A stretch of 64,000 nt of DNA from IMG/VR virus record IMGVR_UViG_3300040733_000035. One strand, written 5' to 3'. Positions 61,125-64,000 of the stretch are shown one piece after another. This DNA comes from an uncultured virus (IMG/VR IMGVR_UViG_3300040733_000035). Taxonomy: Duplodnaviria; Heunggongvirae; Uroviricota; Caudoviricetes. The notes under the pieces were generated by a model, which saw nothing but the letters and a program-made list of their open reading frames with translations, did no database searches and had not been told where the DNA came from. A program made the translations under genes and the position numbers. How positions within the stretch are numbered: position 1 is the first letter of the stretch; each line of letters opens with the position of its first letter.

Positions 61125-63425
61125 ATGACCGGAAAATGCAGTAGTTTGGACAATTTCGAAAAATCACTGACAGACGCAGCCAGTGAACAAAAACAAACAA
61201 CGGGTAAAACAACGACACAACCAGAAAGGAGAAGTAATATAGCAACAATGGGGAAAAATAAGATTGATGAAATATTAGACCCACTGCGAGAAATGGAAAA
61301 AAGAGCAGCGAAAAATATAGACGACCCGGAAGAAACAGCAGCAATTGCAAAGGAAAAACAAGAGTACGGAGGTGACACGAAGCCAGGATCACCGGGAATG
61401 AGACTGAACGCCGCAATGGGTGATGCACAGGTTAAAGAATATCTAAAAACAGTGTCGACAAATGAATACTCTAAAATGTATTCAGATATACAGGGATGGT
61501 TCGGTGGAGAATATGGGACACAAGGAGCAATGGGAAGACAACTTGAGAAAGCATACAAAAATGCAAGAGTGGAAAAACTCGGAGAATATTTGCCAGATAC
61601 TGGAATGGGAAAAATATTAAAAGCAAAAACAAACGGAATCGCAGGACGAGGATTCATACAAGACGGCGATTTGAAATTCTTCGATGCAGCAGATACGGCG
61701 ATAGAAAAGATGGACGGAATAGTAAGCGGGAATGCTAGGAAAACATACAACGAATTGAAAAACGGACTTGGAAGGGAAACAACCGACGAATTGTTTAGTG
61801 AAAAGATAGCAGAAAACATACAAACACTTAGAAAACTATTACCGGACAACACATTCGCAGACAAGATGATAAAAAAATCACTGACAAGCGACGAAATGAA
61901 AGTGTTAAAGGAAATAGAATCAGGAAAACGGCCAATGGATGCAACATCATTTGAAGTAATAAACAAAATGATAGAAAAAATATCGGACGATGGATGGAAC
62001 GAAATAAATAAGATAACATCACCATTGGACGAACTGGACACAACCACGAAATCACAAATACAAGCAAGAGGATGGACAAAGGCAAACAAAACAATTGCAG
62101 GACTCGGTGTAGCAGGAAGCGCGATATGGATAACAACGGTAACAATACCAGACAAACTAAACAATTGGGGGCAATTCGGATTGACAAATTCCGCAGAAAT
62201 GTCAACATTGTTCGGGCAATTCGACAAGGACACGACTGCGGAGAGATTGTTACAACTGTGGTTTCCAACGGAGAAAAGAAAAGAGGCAATGGAATTGTGG
62301 TTAGACTCGGCGAAATATTACATTGGAATAATGGAAGCAGTATACAAAATACCAATATATGGTGAATGGTTGAAAGGAACAACATTTGTGGGATACTCAT
62401 CGGCAGTATCATCACTCGGAAATCTAGACACAATAATGACAGCATTAGAAAACAGAGGACTAGCAACAAGAGACGAAACAACAAAGTCGGGGTGGAGAGA
62501 AACAACAGAACAAGAAAGAAAGAACATATATGGAAAAAACGCAGAAAAACTATTCTCAAATGACGCCGAATGGGTAAACAAATATTTAAATGAAAAAAAG
62601 ACAAATGTATACAAATCTGGTAAAAGCGGAAAAGAATTAACAGAAGCACAAGCAATGGCACTGTACTACGCCGAAAATGGAATGGCAGTGAAACTGTCAG
62701 ATTTCGGATTGACAGCGAGCGACTTAAACGATGAATCACTGATGATAGCAGTAAGAAAGTATGGAGAAAACAGGGACACATCGAAAAAAAGTGAAAGCGA
62801 ATCAAAATATTCACTAAACGAATTGACAAACATGGGACTAACATGTAATATGGGAAACACATGCACACAAGAAGATTATTCGAAAAACATAGCAAATGGA
62901 TGGTTCGTGTATAAAGATAAAAACACAGGTTTAGCAACGTGGGGGCAACCAGGAGATAATGTGGGAAACGTCGAGATACTAGAAAAAGGAATGCGAGACA
63001 CCGTGGGATCAGGATTAACAGGAACAATTGGATCAGGGGGAAACGGAGGAACGGGAGGAGGAGAAATATATGCACGAAAAACAGACACTGCAGATAGCAG
63101 CAAAAAGACAAGAGCAAACCCAACAGTGTCACAACAACAATCGCTAGACCAAGTAAAAAACAATGAAAAAACACTAAGTTCAAAAGATGTAGATGCACTG
63201 AAGGTAAACGGTGTAGTAGACATAACAACCGCAAAGGAAAATGGAATACCAATACAAAATTTGGCTGCAATCGACAGAGAAGCAACCGTAGGTGGATTTA
63301 AAACATACGCAGTAGATATGAAAAACACCAATAAAATAGACAAAAGCGATTACGAAGCAATGAAAAAAGAAGACGCTGCAGCAACAAGAGCTGCAATAAG
63401 AAGCGCATACGGATGTGATCAGTAA
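61125..63425 (+). CDS. large hypothetical protein with a central hydrophobic segment
   Basis: SD GGTGA; IAGLGVAGSAIWITTV. Confidence 0.6.
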   Translation: MTGKCSSLDNFEKSLTDAASEQKQTTGKTTTQPERRSNIATMGKNKIDEILDPLREMEKRAAKNIDDPEETAAIAKEKQEYGGDTKPGSPGMRLNAAMGDAQVKEYLKTVSTNEYSKMYSDIQGWFGGEYGTQGAMGRQLEKAYKNARVEKLGEYLPDTGMGKILKAKTNGIAGRGFIQDGDLKFFDAADTAIEKMDGIVSGNARKTYNELKNGLGRETTDELFSEKIAENIQTLRKLLPDNTFADKMIKKSLTSDEMKVLKEIESGKRPMDATSFEVINKMIEKISDDGWNEINKITSPLDELDTTTKSQIQARGWTKANKTIAGLGVAGSAIWITTVTIPDKLNNWGQFGLTNSAEMSTLFGQFDKDTTAERLLQLWFPTEKRKEAMELWLDSAKYYIGIMEAVYKIPIYGEWLKGTTFVGYSSAVSSLGNLDTIMTALENRGLATRDETTKSGWRETTEQERKNIYGKNAEKLFSNDAEWVNKYLNEKKTNVYKSGKSGKELTEAQAMALYYAENGMAVKLSDFGLTASDLNDESLMIAVRKYGENRDTSKKSESESKYSLNELTNMGLTCNMGNTCTQEDYSKNIANGWFVYKDKNTGLATWGQPGDNVGNVEILEKGMRDTVGSGLTGTIGSGGNGGTGGGEIYARKTDTADSSKKTRANPTVSQQQSLDQVKNNEKTLSSKDVDALKVNGVVDITTAKENGIPIQNLAAIDREATVGGFKTYAVDMKNTNKIDKSDYEAMKKEDAAATRAAIRSAYGCDQ

Positions 63426-64000
63426 TGGCGTGTCCAATAACAATGCAACAACAAATTAAAAACGACCTGTTGGCAGGGGGGATGTCAGAAGAGCAGGCAG
63501 AAAGAGAACTGGCAACATTCATAACAACACCAGAAGATATACAACAGGGAATAGTAGATGACAAAACACTCACAAACGTAGTAACAATGAATACGTATGG
63601 AGATCTGAAAAATACAGCAGCATCGAGTATAGCAGAAAAATGGAGTATAAATAAGGTAATAAACAACGGATTACAAAAAGACACAGCAATTGTAAGCGAA
63701 TACACTAAGAAAGGAATAGATATAAAAACTATAGATAATGTGCTGCATGGAAGAGATTGGACAGACATACCAATTGAAGACGGGAAAACCGAAAAAGAAA
63801 CACAGCAAAATGCACAAGATTTGACAGCACTTGTAATGGCTGGACATCCAGAAGCAGTCAAATTCGTGAACGATGTTATAAATGCAGCATTCACAGGAAA
63901 CGAAGACACAAAAAACATGGCAGTGGTGCTTTTAGACATATTAGGAAAAGGAGGGATGACAGAAAAATATGGAACAACAAAACCAACCGGGAGAATAGAA
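63425..64000 (+). CDS. hypothetical protein, 3'-truncated (MACPITMQQQIKNDLLAGG...)
   Basis: Manual translation; open to the window end; TAATG coupling. Confidence 0.7.
   Translation, partial: MACPITMQQQIKNDLLAGGMSEEQAERELATFITTPEDIQQGIVDDKTLTNVVTMNTYGDLKNTAASSIAEKWSINKVINNGLQKDTAIVSEYTKKGIDIKTIDNVLHGRDWTDIPIEDGKTEKETQQNAQDLTALVMAGHPEAVKFVNDVINAAFTGNEDTKNMAVVLLDILGKGGMTEKYGTTKPTGRIE

Noticed and set aside
55493..63939. Long - strand ORFs rich in F/L/S/V (e.g. 59333-60634, 60821-62233, 61828-63285)
   Set aside because: Antisense shadows of T-poor + strand genes; no motifs.

Overview
Most likely ~64 kb of a large dsDNA virus (or virus-like element) of a methanogenic archaeon. Methanosarcinales is suggested by a DUF1699-like gene, an archaeal-type thymidylate synthase, archaeal wHTH/RHH regulators, BRE-TATA promoters and GGAGG/GGTGA ribosome-binding sites. 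All family assignments are from motif reading, not database searches. Layout: PEGA/Ig-like proteins (0-1.4 kb); regulator, PD-(D/E)XK nuclease and a 991-aa primase-polymerase/Zn-finger/helicase (1.6-5.7 kb); a ~2 kb largely non-coding control region (5.7-7.8 kb) with direct repeats, a local reversal of strand composition, a candidate structured RNA and a T-shaped palindrome; a + strand early/replication operon (7.8-18.9 kb) with a second NrS-1-like primase, SSAP, SF2 helicase, ThyA and MazG-like genes; a small membrane-protein operon; two glycosylation operons (20.7-23.9 and 38.5-42.9 kb) flanking a cluster of Thr-rich collagen-like fibres and adhesin-like proteins; a candidate jelly-roll capsid gene (43.4-44.6 kb); an SNase-PEGA fusion; and very large + strand proteins, the last running off the end. 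I found no terminase, portal, HK97 capsid, packaging ATPase, integrase, family B polymerase, tRNA or CRISPR array. The + strand is strongly A-rich and T-poor whichever strand is coding. Most interesting candidates: a virus-encoded collagen plus amino-deoxysugar glycosylation system, and an asymmetric two-primase replication system with a structured control region.
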